Assembly (NCBI GenBank): GCA_942493095.1
Contig: OW818675.1
Span: 2,100,001 to 2,132,000, forward strand
Origin: Candidatus Electronema halotolerans
Lineage (GTDB): Bacteria; Desulfobacterota; Desulfobulbia; Desulfobulbales; Desulfobulbaceae
Direction of reading: 5' to 3'
DNA length: 32,000 nucleotides
The notes beneath the pieces were generated by a model. It saw only the letters and a program-made list of their open reading frames with translations. It was not told the DNA's origin and made no database searches. The position numbers and the translations under genes were made by a program. Below, one piece after another: positions 1 to 9,213 of this stretch (the stretch's first letter is position 1; the number at the start of each line of letters is the position of its first letter).

Positions 1-53
1 TTTACAATTCGCAGGGCAAATTTCTTTGATCGGTCTGGCAAATCACGTTTCAT
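1..53 (-). CDS. Partial N-terminus of a probable four-helix-bundle (S23/avd-like) protein
   Basis: Reverse strand from 53 reads ATG... MKRDLPDRSKKFALRIVK, running off the window edge. The 'KKFALRIVK' start resembles four-helix-bundle proteins often found in such loci. Only 18 codons are visible. Confidence 0.5.
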   Translation of the reverse strand, partial: MKRDLPDRSKKFALRIV

Positions 54-74
54 AATTTCACCATTTATTCTTCA

Positions 75-112
75 CCCTTCACACTTTACCCTTCACACTT
101 TACCCTTCACCT
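75..112. repeat. Short tandem repeat, 14-nt unit CCCTTCACACTTTA x2 plus partial third copy
   Basis: Read directly: CCCTTCACACTTTA (75-88), CCCTTCACACTTTA (89-102), CCCTTCACCT (103-112). Confidence 0.85.
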
Positions 113-113
113 T

Positions 114-1418
114 TCAAACTTCCCCTTTTGGAATGCGCAGTTCGCCGGAGAGGAGTTTTGGGAGCAGGGTGTCGCGGAGGGTTGCAAGTGTTTTGTTTGA
201 GAAGCAATTTAATGAAATTTTATCAAAGTAACTTGTCCCGATCTGCAAAAAGCAATTCATAATTTTTTGTGAAGGCAGCAATATACTTGCCTCATTGACA
301 TTTCCTTTATTGATATGCTGTTGCGCTCCGCCAGTTTGAGATGAAATAATTCCCTCTATATTGTTTGTTATCCAAAGATAGACGAACTCATTTGGAAGTT
401 CTTCTTTTCCAAGAATTCCAACAACTGATTGATTAGCACAACATTCAATCTCGTTCAGACTAACCTGACCGAGAGTTGCTCCTGTTATGGCCAGAAGAGT
501 TGTTCTTTTTGGTAAAAGTTTTGTCGCAGATTTTCGGACTGCTTCCTCAGTAATCAATTCTGAAGGTTCAATAACTCTAAATTCATTAACCTTACCTGAA
601 TTTATCCAAGGAATGCTTCCATTATTCCAAAACTCCTTATTTTTACGTGCAGGAGTTCCACCAAGGATAGTTTCTAATTCATCACCAATTTTTGTAACCT
701 CCCACCCCTTGGGAATCCAGCCCATTTCATCGATGTACACAAACTCATCAGGGAAAAGAGCACGGATTTCAGCAGGCAGCGGCTTGCGTTTGTCGCCCAA
801 TGCAGCACGAACGGCAGCACGTTCAGCAAGCTCCTCCGGCACTTCCTTGCCGCCAGCAAGGGCATTGTCAATCACCGGGTCAAAATCAACAAACCAGCTC
901 TTGAACAACGCCTGCGCCATCGCTTCCAATGTTTCATTCATCCGCCGATTCAATTCGATTCGGTCATCAAGAGAACCAAGAATATTGGCAATTGCTTGTT
1001 GAGTGGACCGTTCAGGAGCAAATACAAGTATCCGCTTCATATCGCCCTGTGTTAGTTTAGGACGAGTGGAACCTGATAAATAACTATTTACATCAGATAC
1101 TTGGAGTGCATAACATAGAAACCTTGTATTTGAGCTACTGTTTGCCTGCAAAATATGAGCGTGGTTATTGACCCAGAACTTTCCAGAAGCAAGAAATGCT
1201 ATAGGAGTATTGCGGCTTTTAAGATTTTCTCCGTCTTCTGCAAGCAATATATATTCTCCATCAAAAATATACGAATCTACATAATCAGCTATTCCAGAAG
1301 CTCCGTAATATGGATAAGGGCCAGACTTGCGATCCGTCTTTTTTACAGGAACTCTCATAGAATCATAAATCTCTACCAATTCTACAAGCGGTCGCTGCTC
1401 GTATAAATCATTCTCCAT
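114..1418 (-). CDS. hsdS: Type I restriction-modification system specificity subunit S
   Basis: 434 aa with two TRD-like halves, the second containing 'LGGTPARKNKEFWNNGSIPWINSGKV...LPKRTTLLAITGATLGQ' and 'LPSQ..'. It is adjacent to hsdM. Confidence 0.9.
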   Translation of the reverse strand: MENDLYEQRPLVELVEIYDSMRVPVKKTDRKSGPYPYYGASGIADYVDSYIFDGEYILLAEDGENLKSRNTPIAFLASGKFWVNNHAHILQANSSSNTRFLCYALQVSDVNSYLSGSTRPKLTQGDMKRILVFAPERSTQQAIANILGSLDDRIELNRRMNETLEAMAQALFKSWFVDFDPVIDNALAGGKEVPEELAERAAVRAALGDKRKPLPAEIRALFPDEFVYIDEMGWIPKGWEVTKIGDELETILGGTPARKNKEFWNNGSIPWINSGKVNEFRVIEPSELITEEAVRKSATKLLPKRTTLLAITGATLGQVSLNEIECCANQSVVGILGKEELPNEFVYLWITNNIEGIISSQTGGAQQHINKGNVNEASILLPSQKIMNCFLQIGTSYFDKISLNCFSNKTLATLRDTLLPKLLSGELRIPKGEV

Positions 1419-2985
1419 AACCCAAGACCTCCAAATTCTTCCGAATCACCGCATCCAATTCCGCAGCTTCCCGCATCTGCTCAAACAAGGCCGCAGTCAG
1501 CTCGGACATCTTCTCCTCAAACGGCACGCCGTCATCCTCAATCTCTGCCGCGCCCACATAACGCCCCGGCGTGAGCACATAATTATGCCCCCTGATTTCC
1601 TCCAAACTCGCTGACTTGCAAAACCCGGCCCGATCTTCATACTTCACCCTTCCCTCTTCACCATTCCCCCTTCCCCCTTCCCCCTTCCAACAATGATACG
1701 TTCCCGCAATTGCAGCAATTTCCTCCTCCGAAAGATCCCGATGCACCCGGTCAACCAAACTGCCCATCTTACGGGCATCAATGAACAAAGTCTCGCCGCT
1801 GCGGTCGCGGAAACCGCGTGCAGCATCCGCTTTTTTGTTTTTGCTCAAAAACCAAAGACAAACCGGAATCTGGGTGGTGTAGAAAAGCTGGCCAGGCAGG
1901 GCGATCATGCAATCCACCAGATCGTTTTCAATGATCTTTTTCCTGATCGCGCCTTCCGTGCCAGTGGCAGTGCTCATCGAGCCGTTGGCCAGAACAAAAC
2001 CAGCCACCCCGCTGTCCGAGAGTTTGGAAATGATATGCAGTATCCACGCATAGTTGGCATTGCCTGTTGGCGGCACCTCATAGCCTGCCCAGCGGGGATC
2101 GTCGGTGAGTTCGTCAGCCCCGCGCCACTGCTTGAGATTGAAGGGCGGATTGGCCATGATGTAGTCAGCCTTCAAGTCCGAGTGCTGGTCGCGGTGAAAG
2201 GTGTCTGCCGGAGTTTCGCCGAGATTGGCGGCAATCGAACGAATGGCCAGATTCATCTTGGCCAACTTGTAGGTCGCGCCAATGGACTCCTGCCCGTAGA
2301 TGGAAATGTCGCGGCTGTTGCCGTGGTGATGTTCAACAAACTTGATGGATTGGACAAACATGCCGCCTGAACCGCAGCACGGGTCATAGATTTTGCCCCG
2401 GTACGGCTCGATCATTTCGGCAATCAGATTGACCACATCCTTGGGCGTGTAGAACTCGCCGCCGCCTTTGCCTTCAGTGGCTGCGAACCTGCCGAGAAAA
2501 TACTCATAGACCCGGCCCACCACGTCTTCTTTTTTATCCGCAGCCGTGTCAATATTGGAAATGGTGTCAATGAGCGCGGCCAGCTTGGCTGAATCAAGGC
2601 CAAGGCGGGAAAAGTAGTTGTCCGGCAGCGCGCCCTTGAGTGCCTTATTGTTTTTCTCGGCTGTAAACAGGGCCGTATCAATCAAAATGGCGAGATTATC
2701 CTGCTTGGCGCGCTGCTTGAGAAAGGTCCAGCGCGATTCTTCGGGCAGATAAAAGACATTTTTCATGGTGTAAAATTCTACCATGTCAATGTACTTTTCC
2801 TTGCCCTCATTGATCAGCTCCTGCCGCCGCTCCTCAAACTTGTCGCTGGCGAATTTCAAAAAGATCAGGGAAAGCACCACGTGCTTGTATTCTGAAGATT
2901 CAATACTGCCACGCAGTTTATTCGCTGTGTCCCAGAGATTCTGGGCAAAATTGCCCGTCTTTGCAGGTGCTGTTTGTTTCGCCAT
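1408..2985 (-). CDS. hsdM: Type I restriction-modification system methyltransferase subunit M
   Basis: Contains 'YTPKDVVNLIAEMI', 'IYDPCCGSGGMF' and 'DYIMANPPFNLKQW' (NPPF methylase motif). Start taken at MAKQTAP (2985). Overlaps hsdS by 11 nt. Confidence 0.95.
   Translation of the reverse strand: MAKQTAPAKTGNFAQNLWDTANKLRGSIESSEYKHVVLSLIFLKFASDKFEERRQELINEGKEKYIDMVEFYTMKNVFYLPEESRWTFLKQRAKQDNLAILIDTALFTAEKNNKALKGALPDNYFSRLGLDSAKLAALIDTISNIDTAADKKEDVVGRVYEYFLGRFAATEGKGGGEFYTPKDVVNLIAEMIEPYRGKIYDPCCGSGGMFVQSIKFVEHHHGNSRDISIYGQESIGATYKLAKMNLAIRSIAANLGETPADTFHRDQHSDLKADYIMANPPFNLKQWRGADELTDDPRWAGYEVPPTGNANYAWILHIISKLSDSGVAGFVLANGSMSTATGTEGAIRKKIIENDLVDCMIALPGQLFYTTQIPVCLWFLSKNKKADAARGFRDRSGETLFIDARKMGSLVDRVHRDLSEEEIAAIAGTYHCWKGEGGRGNGEEGRVKYEDRAGFCKSASLEEIRGHNYVLTPGRYVGAAEIEDDGVPFEEKMSELTAALFEQMREAAELDAVIRKNLEVLGYGE
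1666..1686. repeat. Heptanucleotide repeat CCCCCTT x3 inside hsdM
   Basis: Read directly: ATT CCCCCTT CCCCCTT CCCCCTT CCAA. It encodes the low-complexity stretch WKGEGGRGN. Confidence 0.9.
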
Positions 2986-3041
2986 GTTATTGTTCCTTGC
3001 TGATAAAAAAGTATGCGGAAGCAGAGTCTGCTGTTGCAATC

Positions 3042-4118
3042 TCAAACGGCCTTGATCAGCCAGCCGTGCGGATCAGGAAGCAGGCCGCGCTGAAGCTGCT
3101 GGATGCTGTCAAAGAAGCGTTGCGCCACTGGGCCGGTCTGGCCGTTGCTGATGCGGATGCTTTGCTCCTGATAGATAAATTCACCCACTGGTGAGATGAC
3201 TGCCGCTGTGCCGGAGCCGAATGCTTCAGTCAGACTGCCGTTCGCAGCAGCGGCCATGATTTCGTCCATGCTGATCCGGCGTTCACTTGCCTTGAGGCCC
3301 CAGTCTGCCGCCAAAGTCAAGACCGTGTCGCGGGTGATGCCGGGCAGAATGGTGCCGCCGAGCGGTGGGGTGATCAGCTCGCCGTTGATGACAAAAAAGA
3401 TATTGGAAGTGCCGACTTCCTCGACATATTTGTGCTCCAGCGCATCTAACCAGAGCACTTGGGAGCAGCCTTTGTTCTTGGCTTCAGCAAAGGCTTTGAG
3501 CGAGGCCGCATAGTTGCCGCCAGTCTTGGCCTCACCCACTCCGCCAGCCGCAGCCCGGACATAGCGGTCTTCCACATAAATCTTGGTCGGCGTGAAGCCT
3601 TCGGCATAATAGGCCCCAACCGGACAGCAGATGATGAAGAACAGATATTCATGCGAGGGATGCAGGCCGACCGCCGCCTCAGTGGCAATCATGGCGGGCC
3701 GGATGTACAGCGACGCGCCCGGTGCATCTGGCACCCAGTCGCGGTCAAGGGCGATCATCTGCTTGAGACCCTCCAGCACGGCCTCTGCCGGGATTTCCGG
3801 CATGCAGAGCCGGACAGCGGAGCGGTTCAGGCGGTTGAGGTTGTCCAAAGGCCGGAACAGGAGAATGGAGCCATCCTGCCCTTGATACGCCTTCAGTCCT
3901 TCAAATATTTCCTGCGCATAATGGAGCACCATTGCCGCCGGATCAAGCGTGAACGGGCCGTAGGGCTTGATTTCCGCATCATGCCAGCCGCTCGTGCTGT
4001 GCCATTGCATGACAAACAGATGATCTGTGAAGGTTCTGCCAAAGCCGAGCTTGCGCCAATCCGGCTTTTCCTTGAGCTGCCCGGCCCTGCGCAGCCTGAT
4101 GTCAAGATTGCTGATCAT
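3042..4118 (-). CDS. ilvE: Branched-chain amino acid aminotransferase
   Basis: Class IV aminotransferase signature: 'YAQEIFEGLKAY', 'IRPAMIATE', 'GGNYAASLKAFAEAKNKGCSQVLWLDALEHKYVEEVGTSNIFFV', 'LTEAFGSGTAAVISPVG'. Start taken at MISNLDIRL. Confidence 0.93.
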   Translation of the reverse strand: MISNLDIRLRRAGQLKEKPDWRKLGFGRTFTDHLFVMQWHSTSGWHDAEIKPYGPFTLDPAAMVLHYAQEIFEGLKAYQGQDGSILLFRPLDNLNRLNRSAVRLCMPEIPAEAVLEGLKQMIALDRDWVPDAPGASLYIRPAMIATEAAVGLHPSHEYLFFIICCPVGAYYAEGFTPTKIYVEDRYVRAAAGGVGEAKTGGNYAASLKAFAEAKNKGCSQVLWLDALEHKYVEEVGTSNIFFVINGELITPPLGGTILPGITRDTVLTLAADWGLKASERRISMDEIMAAAANGSLTEAFGSGTAAVISPVGEFIYQEQSIRISNGQTGPVAQRFFDSIQQLQRGLLPDPHGWLIKAV

Positions 4119-4200
4119 TTTTTCATCCTTTTCGTTCTGTGCCGACCATAGTCTGTCCTCCAGCCTCTTTTGCAAGCAGCTCGGCATTCATTTGCCCGCT

Positions 4201-4226
4201 GTAGGGGCAGCCCCCTGTGTCTGCCC
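4201..4226. repeat. GTAGGGGCAG...CTGCCC dispersed-type element with 6-bp inverted arms
   Basis: Sequence gtaggggcagccccctgtgtctgccc, with arms GGGCAG (4205-4210) and CTGCCC (4221-4226). It resembles GTAGGGGC-type intergenic repeats known from many environmental bacteria. Confidence 0.35.
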
Positions 4227-4662
4227 GTGCAATGCGCCAAAATGACGGGAAAACACGGGAGAAAGACAGATGACAGAGTCATTTTATCCTGCAATTATTC
4301 CAAGTTGCCTTTCAGCAAAGCCGTCTCCATGCTGGAACTGAAGAAAAAAAAGATACAGCCAAAACAGAGGGCTGTCAAACCAAAATGCAAGTGATCACAG
4401 GGTGCCCGCTCATGTCAAGGCCCGGATTCCAGCACTGTCACAGCGTCCTGCTTGCCAGCTCAGAAAGAGCGGAATTCAGGCAGCATGTCCAAGGCAGTGA
4501 GTTGCAGTTGCGGCAGGGCTGCTGATTCGCAACTGTTTTTCCATCTTGCCAATTCTGCCGTAAAGATGCTACCATGCTGTTATGAGGCAGCTGCTGGATA
4601 TCCAGCACAGGCTGGAAGCGGCTGCGCGGAACTAAACAGATGAAGAAAAGGAGTGTGCTTTC

Positions 4663-5379
4663 ATGAAAAAAATCTTTCTTTGGCTCGCAGGAGCACTCGT
4701 TCTTTGTAGCTGCGCCGCAGGCCAGGCTGATCCAATTCAAGACAATTCGTTCAAGACGCACAAACTCGGCTGGTATCCGAACAGCTTCAAAGGCAGCGGC
4801 AGCCCGCGCTCCTGCGATGACACCTGCCAGGCAGTCGGGGGAATTGCTGAACAGGAGGCAGGCGGAATGGGAGGCACTGCCGCCAATCCTGTCTGCAAAG
4901 TCAATTCGTCATACGGGTCATGGGCCAATGAGCTGTATGGCAATCAGATGTATTACAACGGCTATCCAGCCTGCTATTACACCAATCCAAACGGATACAC
5001 GCAGGCCAGCTATGCTTTTCAATGCCTGTGCATCAGCGGCGCCACAGCAGGCTGCCCTGATCTGGTTGTGGAAAAATTGGTCCGGGTGGTGTGGAATCCC
5101 AGAAGAAACAAGACCTACGTTATTGTGAGGCTGAAAAATATTGGCGGCACAATGGCCGAAGACAGCACGGTCAGCCTGACAGATCAGAGCAATTGGAAGA
5201 GACCATACAGCACCACAGCCCCTGTGCCCCTTCTCTGTGCCGGAGAGAGCACAAAAGTCATCTTTGCTCTGCCGTACAAAATCAGAAATCCCCATGCCAA
5301 AGGCATCATCAAGGCGGACTGTAGGGACGAAGTCAAGGAATGTCGGGAAAACAACAATACGAAGTGGATATGGCTGTAG
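4663..5379 (+). CDS. Putative lipoprotein with C-terminal CARDB-like (Ig-like) domain
   Basis: N-terminal 'MKKIFLWLAGALVLCSCAAG' is a signal plus lipobox. The C-terminal '...YVIVRLKNIGGTMAEDSTVSLTD...VPLLCAGESTKVIFALP...DCRDEVKECRENNNTKW' is CARDB-like. Upstream AAAAGGAG is a plausible RBS. Confidence 0.65.
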   Translation: MKKIFLWLAGALVLCSCAAGQADPIQDNSFKTHKLGWYPNSFKGSGSPRSCDDTCQAVGGIAEQEAGGMGGTAANPVCKVNSSYGSWANELYGNQMYYNGYPACYYTNPNGYTQASYAFQCLCISGATAGCPDLVVEKLVRVVWNPRRNKTYVIVRLKNIGGTMAEDSTVSLTDQSNWKRPYSTTAPVPLLCAGESTKVIFALPYKIRNPHAKGIIKADCRDEVKECRENNNTKWIWL

Positions 5380-5407
5380 TCTGAGCCAACTGGTCGGCAG
5401 CGGAAGA

Positions 5408-5438
5408 GGGGGAGCGCATTGAGCGTTTCCCCTTTTTT
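5408..5438 (+). terminator. Rho-independent terminator after the lipoprotein gene
   Basis: Stem GGGGGAGCGC (5408-5417) / GCGTTTCCCC (5423-5432), 10 bp with two G-U pairs, 5-nt loop, followed by TTTTTT. Confidence 0.8.
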
Positions 5439-5462
5439 GCTTGCCACTGGCGGCGACTTTGC

Positions 5463-6812
5463 TCAACCAAAGAGCCGCTCCACTGCCTCATGCACGCTGC
5501 GCACCGGATGAAGCTGAATGCCCTCAGTCGCCCCGGCTTCGAGCTGCCTGCGGCTGGATTCTGGCATGAGCAGGGTTTTGAAGCCGAGCCGCCGGGCTTC
5601 GCGCAGCCGCATCTCCATCTGGCTGACCGCCCGGATTTCTCCAGCCAGGCCCACCTCGCCGCAGACCGCTGTGACCGGATCAACCACCTTTTCGTGCAGA
5701 CTGGAGAGCAGGGCCACAATCACGGCCAAATCAAGGGCAGGCTCGTCAATGCGGATGCCGCCCGCAATGTTGAGGAAGATGTCGTGATCAAAAAGGGTCA
5801 CGCCGATCTTTTTTTCCAAGACGGCGGTGAGCAGGGCCAGCCGCTGCGGGTCCGCGCCAATGGCTGTGCGCCGGGCTGTGCCAAGGCTGGACGGACTGAC
5901 TAAAGCCTGCACCTCAACCAAGATAGGCCGGGTGCCCTCAACACTGGGCATGACCACGGAGCCGGGCACGTTCACAGGCCGCTCGGCCAAGAACAGGGCC
6001 GAAGGATTGGCAACCTCGGCCAGGCCGCTCTCCTTCATCTCAAACACGCCAATTTCATTGGTCGAGCCGAAGCGGTTCTTGACTGTGCGCAGGAGGCGGA
6101 AGACTTGGCTGCCGTCGCCCTCAAAGTAGAGCACCGTGTCAACGATATGCTCCAAGACACGCGGCCCGGCAATGCTGCCGTCTTTGGTGACATGGCCGAT
6201 GAGAATGACCGGCAGGCCGCTGCGTTTGGCAAGATTGAGGAGCAGGGAGGCGGATTCGCGCACTTGCGTCACCGAGCCGGACGCGGAGCCGACAGTGTCG
6301 CTGTTCATGGTTTGGATGGAATCTACGGCCAAGAAAGCAGGCCGCACCTCCTCAACCAAGCTGATGATGGTTTGGACCGAGTTCTCGGCAGCAAGAAAGA
6401 TATGCTCGCTCTGCACCTCCAGCCGCTCGGCCCGCATCCGTATCTGCTGGACCGACTCCTCGCCGCTGACATAGAGCAGCTTGCGCCGCTGCCCGGCCAA
6501 GGCCGCCAAAATGTGCAGGATGAGCGTTGATTTGCCAATGCCGGGATCGCCGCCAAGCAGGATCATGGAGCCGGGGACAATGCCGCCGCCAAGGGTGCGA
6601 TCCAACTCGCTGATGCCCGTGACCAGCCGGGCTGATTCCTCGCCGCCTTCGCCGTTGAGCGGGAAAACCTCTCCTGCCCGGAGCAGGCGCGGCTTGGGCT
6701 GCTGCTCGCTCAAGCTGTCCCATTCGCCGCACTGCGGACAGCGGCCCAGCCATTTGCGGCTCTCATGGCCGCAGTTTGCGCAAAGGAAGATATGCTGATT
6801 TTTTGAAGCCAT
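5463..6812 (-). CDS. radA: DNA repair protein RadA/Sms
   Basis: C4 zinc finger 'FLCANCGHESRKWLGRCPQCGEWDS', Walker A 'LGGDPGIGKSTLIL', 'KNRFGSTNEIGVFEM' (KNRFG motif), and Lon-like C-terminal region. Confidence 0.95.
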   Translation of the reverse strand: MASKNQHIFLCANCGHESRKWLGRCPQCGEWDSLSEQQPKPRLLRAGEVFPLNGEGGEESARLVTGISELDRTLGGGIVPGSMILLGGDPGIGKSTLILHILAALAGQRRKLLYVSGEESVQQIRMRAERLEVQSEHIFLAAENSVQTIISLVEEVRPAFLAVDSIQTMNSDTVGSASGSVTQVRESASLLLNLAKRSGLPVILIGHVTKDGSIAGPRVLEHIVDTVLYFEGDGSQVFRLLRTVKNRFGSTNEIGVFEMKESGLAEVANPSALFLAERPVNVPGSVVMPSVEGTRPILVEVQALVSPSSLGTARRTAIGADPQRLALLTAVLEKKIGVTLFDHDIFLNIAGGIRIDEPALDLAVIVALLSSLHEKVVDPVTAVCGEVGLAGEIRAVSQMEMRLREARRLGFKTLLMPESSRRQLEAGATEGIQLHPVRSVHEAVERLFG

Positions 6813-7073
6813 GCAGTTACATTGCTGTGAATCGAAGTGACAGGAAAGAGATGGCGGTTTCTGGTCATTATATTGTTTTTAGTTGTAAATTCAATCTGTT
6901 TTTTCAGATGCGCCCCATGCTGCCAGTCACAGGCCGCCGTTTGTGCGGCAGCCAGTTCTTCAGTGAAAATCTTTCTCTTGCCGCCAGCCGTTGCTTGCCG
7001 AGACACTGCCTGAACGGTATATTCCACGGACTGAAGTGCTTTCCCTATTCATTCCAGCCTGAAGAAAACCGTC

Positions 7074-8144
7074 ATGCCGCCTTCTGTCAAATCGCAAATT
7101 GCCGTCCTGTCCATCTACAAGCCACCGTGGTCAGCTCTTGACCGCACTGCTTTTCTCCGTTTTGATCTGAACGAGAACACCCTGCCGCTGCCAGACTGCG
7201 TCAAAGTGGCCCTGAAAGACTGGATCGACGCAGACCAGATTCCGCTCTATCCCGACTATGCGGCCTTCATGCCCAAGCTGGCCCGCTATGTCGGCGCGGC
7301 CCCAGAGCAGCTCCTTGTCAGCAACGGCTCAGATCAGGCCATTGAAGTGGTGCTGCGTTCCTTTCTCGGCAAAGGCGACGAGCTGCTCATGGCCCAGCCC
7401 GGCTTTCCCATGTTCAGCCAGATTGCCGGGGTGATCGGGGCCAAGGTGAACGGCATTCCCTACACGCCCGACCTTTGCTTTCCGCGCCAGAAATTCTTCG
7501 CCGCCGTCAGTGCGGCGACCAAGCTGATTGTCTTGGTCAATCCTGACAATCCGACTGGTGTTTCCATTCCGCAGGACGTGATCGAGGAAGCCCTTGCCCT
7601 GCGGCCTGACCTGCCAGTAATCGTGGATGAGGCCTATTTTGAATTCACTGGCGTGACTGCGCTGGAATTGCTGGCGACGCATCCGAACCTGATCATTCTG
7701 CGCACCTTCTCGAAAGCCTTTGCCCTTGGCGGCCTGCGCCTTGGCTACATCATCGCCCACCCGGAGCTGATCACTGAATTCAGCAAGGTGCGCGGCCCGT
7801 TTGATGTCAACACCTGCGCCATAGCTGCGGCAGAAGCCCAGCTCGATGATCCTGCGGCACGTTGGAAACGCTTCCCGCAGGAGACCATGCAGGCATCCAA
7901 GCCGTATTTGGAAGCCTTTTTCAAGGAAAACAAGGTCAAGTATTATCACAGCGCGGCCCATTTTCTGCTGGTGGAGCCGGAAGACCGGGACGACGCAGTC
8001 GCCTTTCTCAAGGAGCGGGGTATTCTGGTGCGGCCAATGGTCGCCCCGGCCATCAGCAAAACCTTCCGCATGAATGTCGGCACCTTGGAGCAGACCCAGC
8101 ACTTTGCCGAGGTCTATGCGGACTATCTCCGGGAGAAGCGGTGA
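7074..8144 (+). CDS. hisC: Histidinol-phosphate aminotransferase
   Basis: Class I/II aminotransferase: 'LNENTLPLP', 'VLVNPDNPTG', 'VIVDEAYFEF', 'RTFSKAFALGGLRLGY' (PLP Lys). Exact start uncertain. Confidence 0.88.
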   Translation: MPPSVKSQIAVLSIYKPPWSALDRTAFLRFDLNENTLPLPDCVKVALKDWIDADQIPLYPDYAAFMPKLARYVGAAPEQLLVSNGSDQAIEVVLRSFLGKGDELLMAQPGFPMFSQIAGVIGAKVNGIPYTPDLCFPRQKFFAAVSAATKLIVLVNPDNPTGVSIPQDVIEEALALRPDLPVIVDEAYFEFTGVTALELLATHPNLIILRTFSKAFALGGLRLGYIIAHPELITEFSKVRGPFDVNTCAIAAAEAQLDDPAARWKRFPQETMQASKPYLEAFFKENKVKYYHSAAHFLLVEPEDRDDAVAFLKERGILVRPMVAPAISKTFRMNVGTLEQTQHFAEVYADYLREKR

Positions 8145-8362
8145 AGCTCTCTCTGCCAGAGACACTATGGTGACTGGGCATGAAATACCATGCTGGCTCT
8201 TACATCCTAATACAGCTGTCCTTCTTTGACTTCATCCAAGGGCAGCGCATCATCAAAATCATCGCCCCTTTGACGTGCTGCCGCCCGGCTTGACAGCGAC
8301 CGGGCTGTTTATTCTGTTGACACTGCCGCCGCATCAGTCTATATTTTTCCCTCATTCAGACC

Positions 8363-8386
8363 GACAGCTCAGGCTGTCTTTTTTTT
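8363..8386 (+). terminator. Possible short rho-independent terminator between hisC and rpsF
   Basis: GACAGC TCAG GCTGTC (8363-8378) followed by T8. The stem is only 6 bp. Confidence 0.5.
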
Positions 8387-8448
8387 GCATTCCGCAACCC
8401 TTCCCGCTCTCTCCAGGCAGAGAGGGCCAATGACCATGAGGAGGCTTT

Positions 8449-8907
8449 ATGCGTCATTACGAAACCACCTGCATCCTTCGTCCCGGTTTGGGCGAAACTG
8501 GCTTCACCGAAGTGATGGAGCGCACCTGCGCCATTGTCACGGCGGATGGCGGCTCAATCATTGATCTGGACCGCTGGGGCCTGAGAAAGCTGGCCTATCC
8601 GATCAAAAAGGAAAGCCAAGGCTATTACTTTTGTCTGAACTGCGCGGCCACCCAGGCGGCAGTGCTGGAGATGGAGCGCATTTTCCGCATTGATGACCGA
8701 GTCCTGCGCTACCTGACCATCAAGCTGCACGAAGAGATTGACGAGGCAGGCATTGCCGAGGAAAAGGAGAAGATTGCCGCTGCCGTTGCTGCCAAGGCCG
8801 CTGCTGCTGAAGCGGAAGCGCGGGAGAACGGCGACATTGCCGACGAGGACAGCAGCGATGCAAAGAGCGGCGATACTGCTGGTCAGAATGAGGACGACCA
8901 AGATTAA
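8449..8907 (+). CDS. rpsF: 30S ribosomal protein S6 with Ala/acidic C-terminal extension
   Basis: 'MRHYETTCILRPGL...DLDRWGLRKLAYPIKKESQGYYFCLNCAA...RIFRIDDRVLRYLTIKL'. GAGGAGG RBS upstream. Confidence 0.95.
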   Translation: MRHYETTCILRPGLGETGFTEVMERTCAIVTADGGSIIDLDRWGLRKLAYPIKKESQGYYFCLNCAATQAAVLEMERIFRIDDRVLRYLTIKLHEEIDEAGIAEEKEKIAAAVAAKAAAAEAEARENGDIADEDSSDAKSGDTAGQNEDDQD

Positions 8908-8934
8908 GTTCCACACATCAGGAGAGACACGGTC

Positions 8935-9177
8935 ATGAGCGCACCCCGCAAAAAGATTTTCCACCGCCGCAAGGTCTGCAAGTTCTGTGCTGACAAAGAA
9001 GTGGTGATTGATTATAAGGATGCCAAACTGCTGCGCAATTTTGTCACTGAGCGCGGCAAGATCATTCCCAAGCGCATCTACGGCACCTGCGCCCGCCATC
9101 AGCGGCAGGTGACAGAGGCAATCAAGCGCGCCCGGCACTTGGCCCTGCTGCCCTATTCCGGGGTGGTGCAGCCCTGA
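8935..9177 (+). CDS. rpsR: 30S ribosomal protein S18
   Basis: '[62 protein letters not shown]'. Confidence 0.97.
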   Translation: MSAPRKKIFHRRKVCKFCADKEVVIDYKDAKLLRNFVTERGKIIPKRIYGTCARHQRQVTEAIKRARHLALLPYSGVVQP

Positions 9178-9213
9178 ATTGTTTTGTTCCGCCGCTGAAG
9201 CCAGGCGGCAGCC

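Noticed and set aside
1693-2370. 225-aa plus-strand ORF inside hsdM, with similar ORFs at 3459-4151, 20660-21337, 21933-22403, 23638-24354 and 26842-27588
   Set aside because: All lie antisense to well-supported genes and show no recognisable domain.
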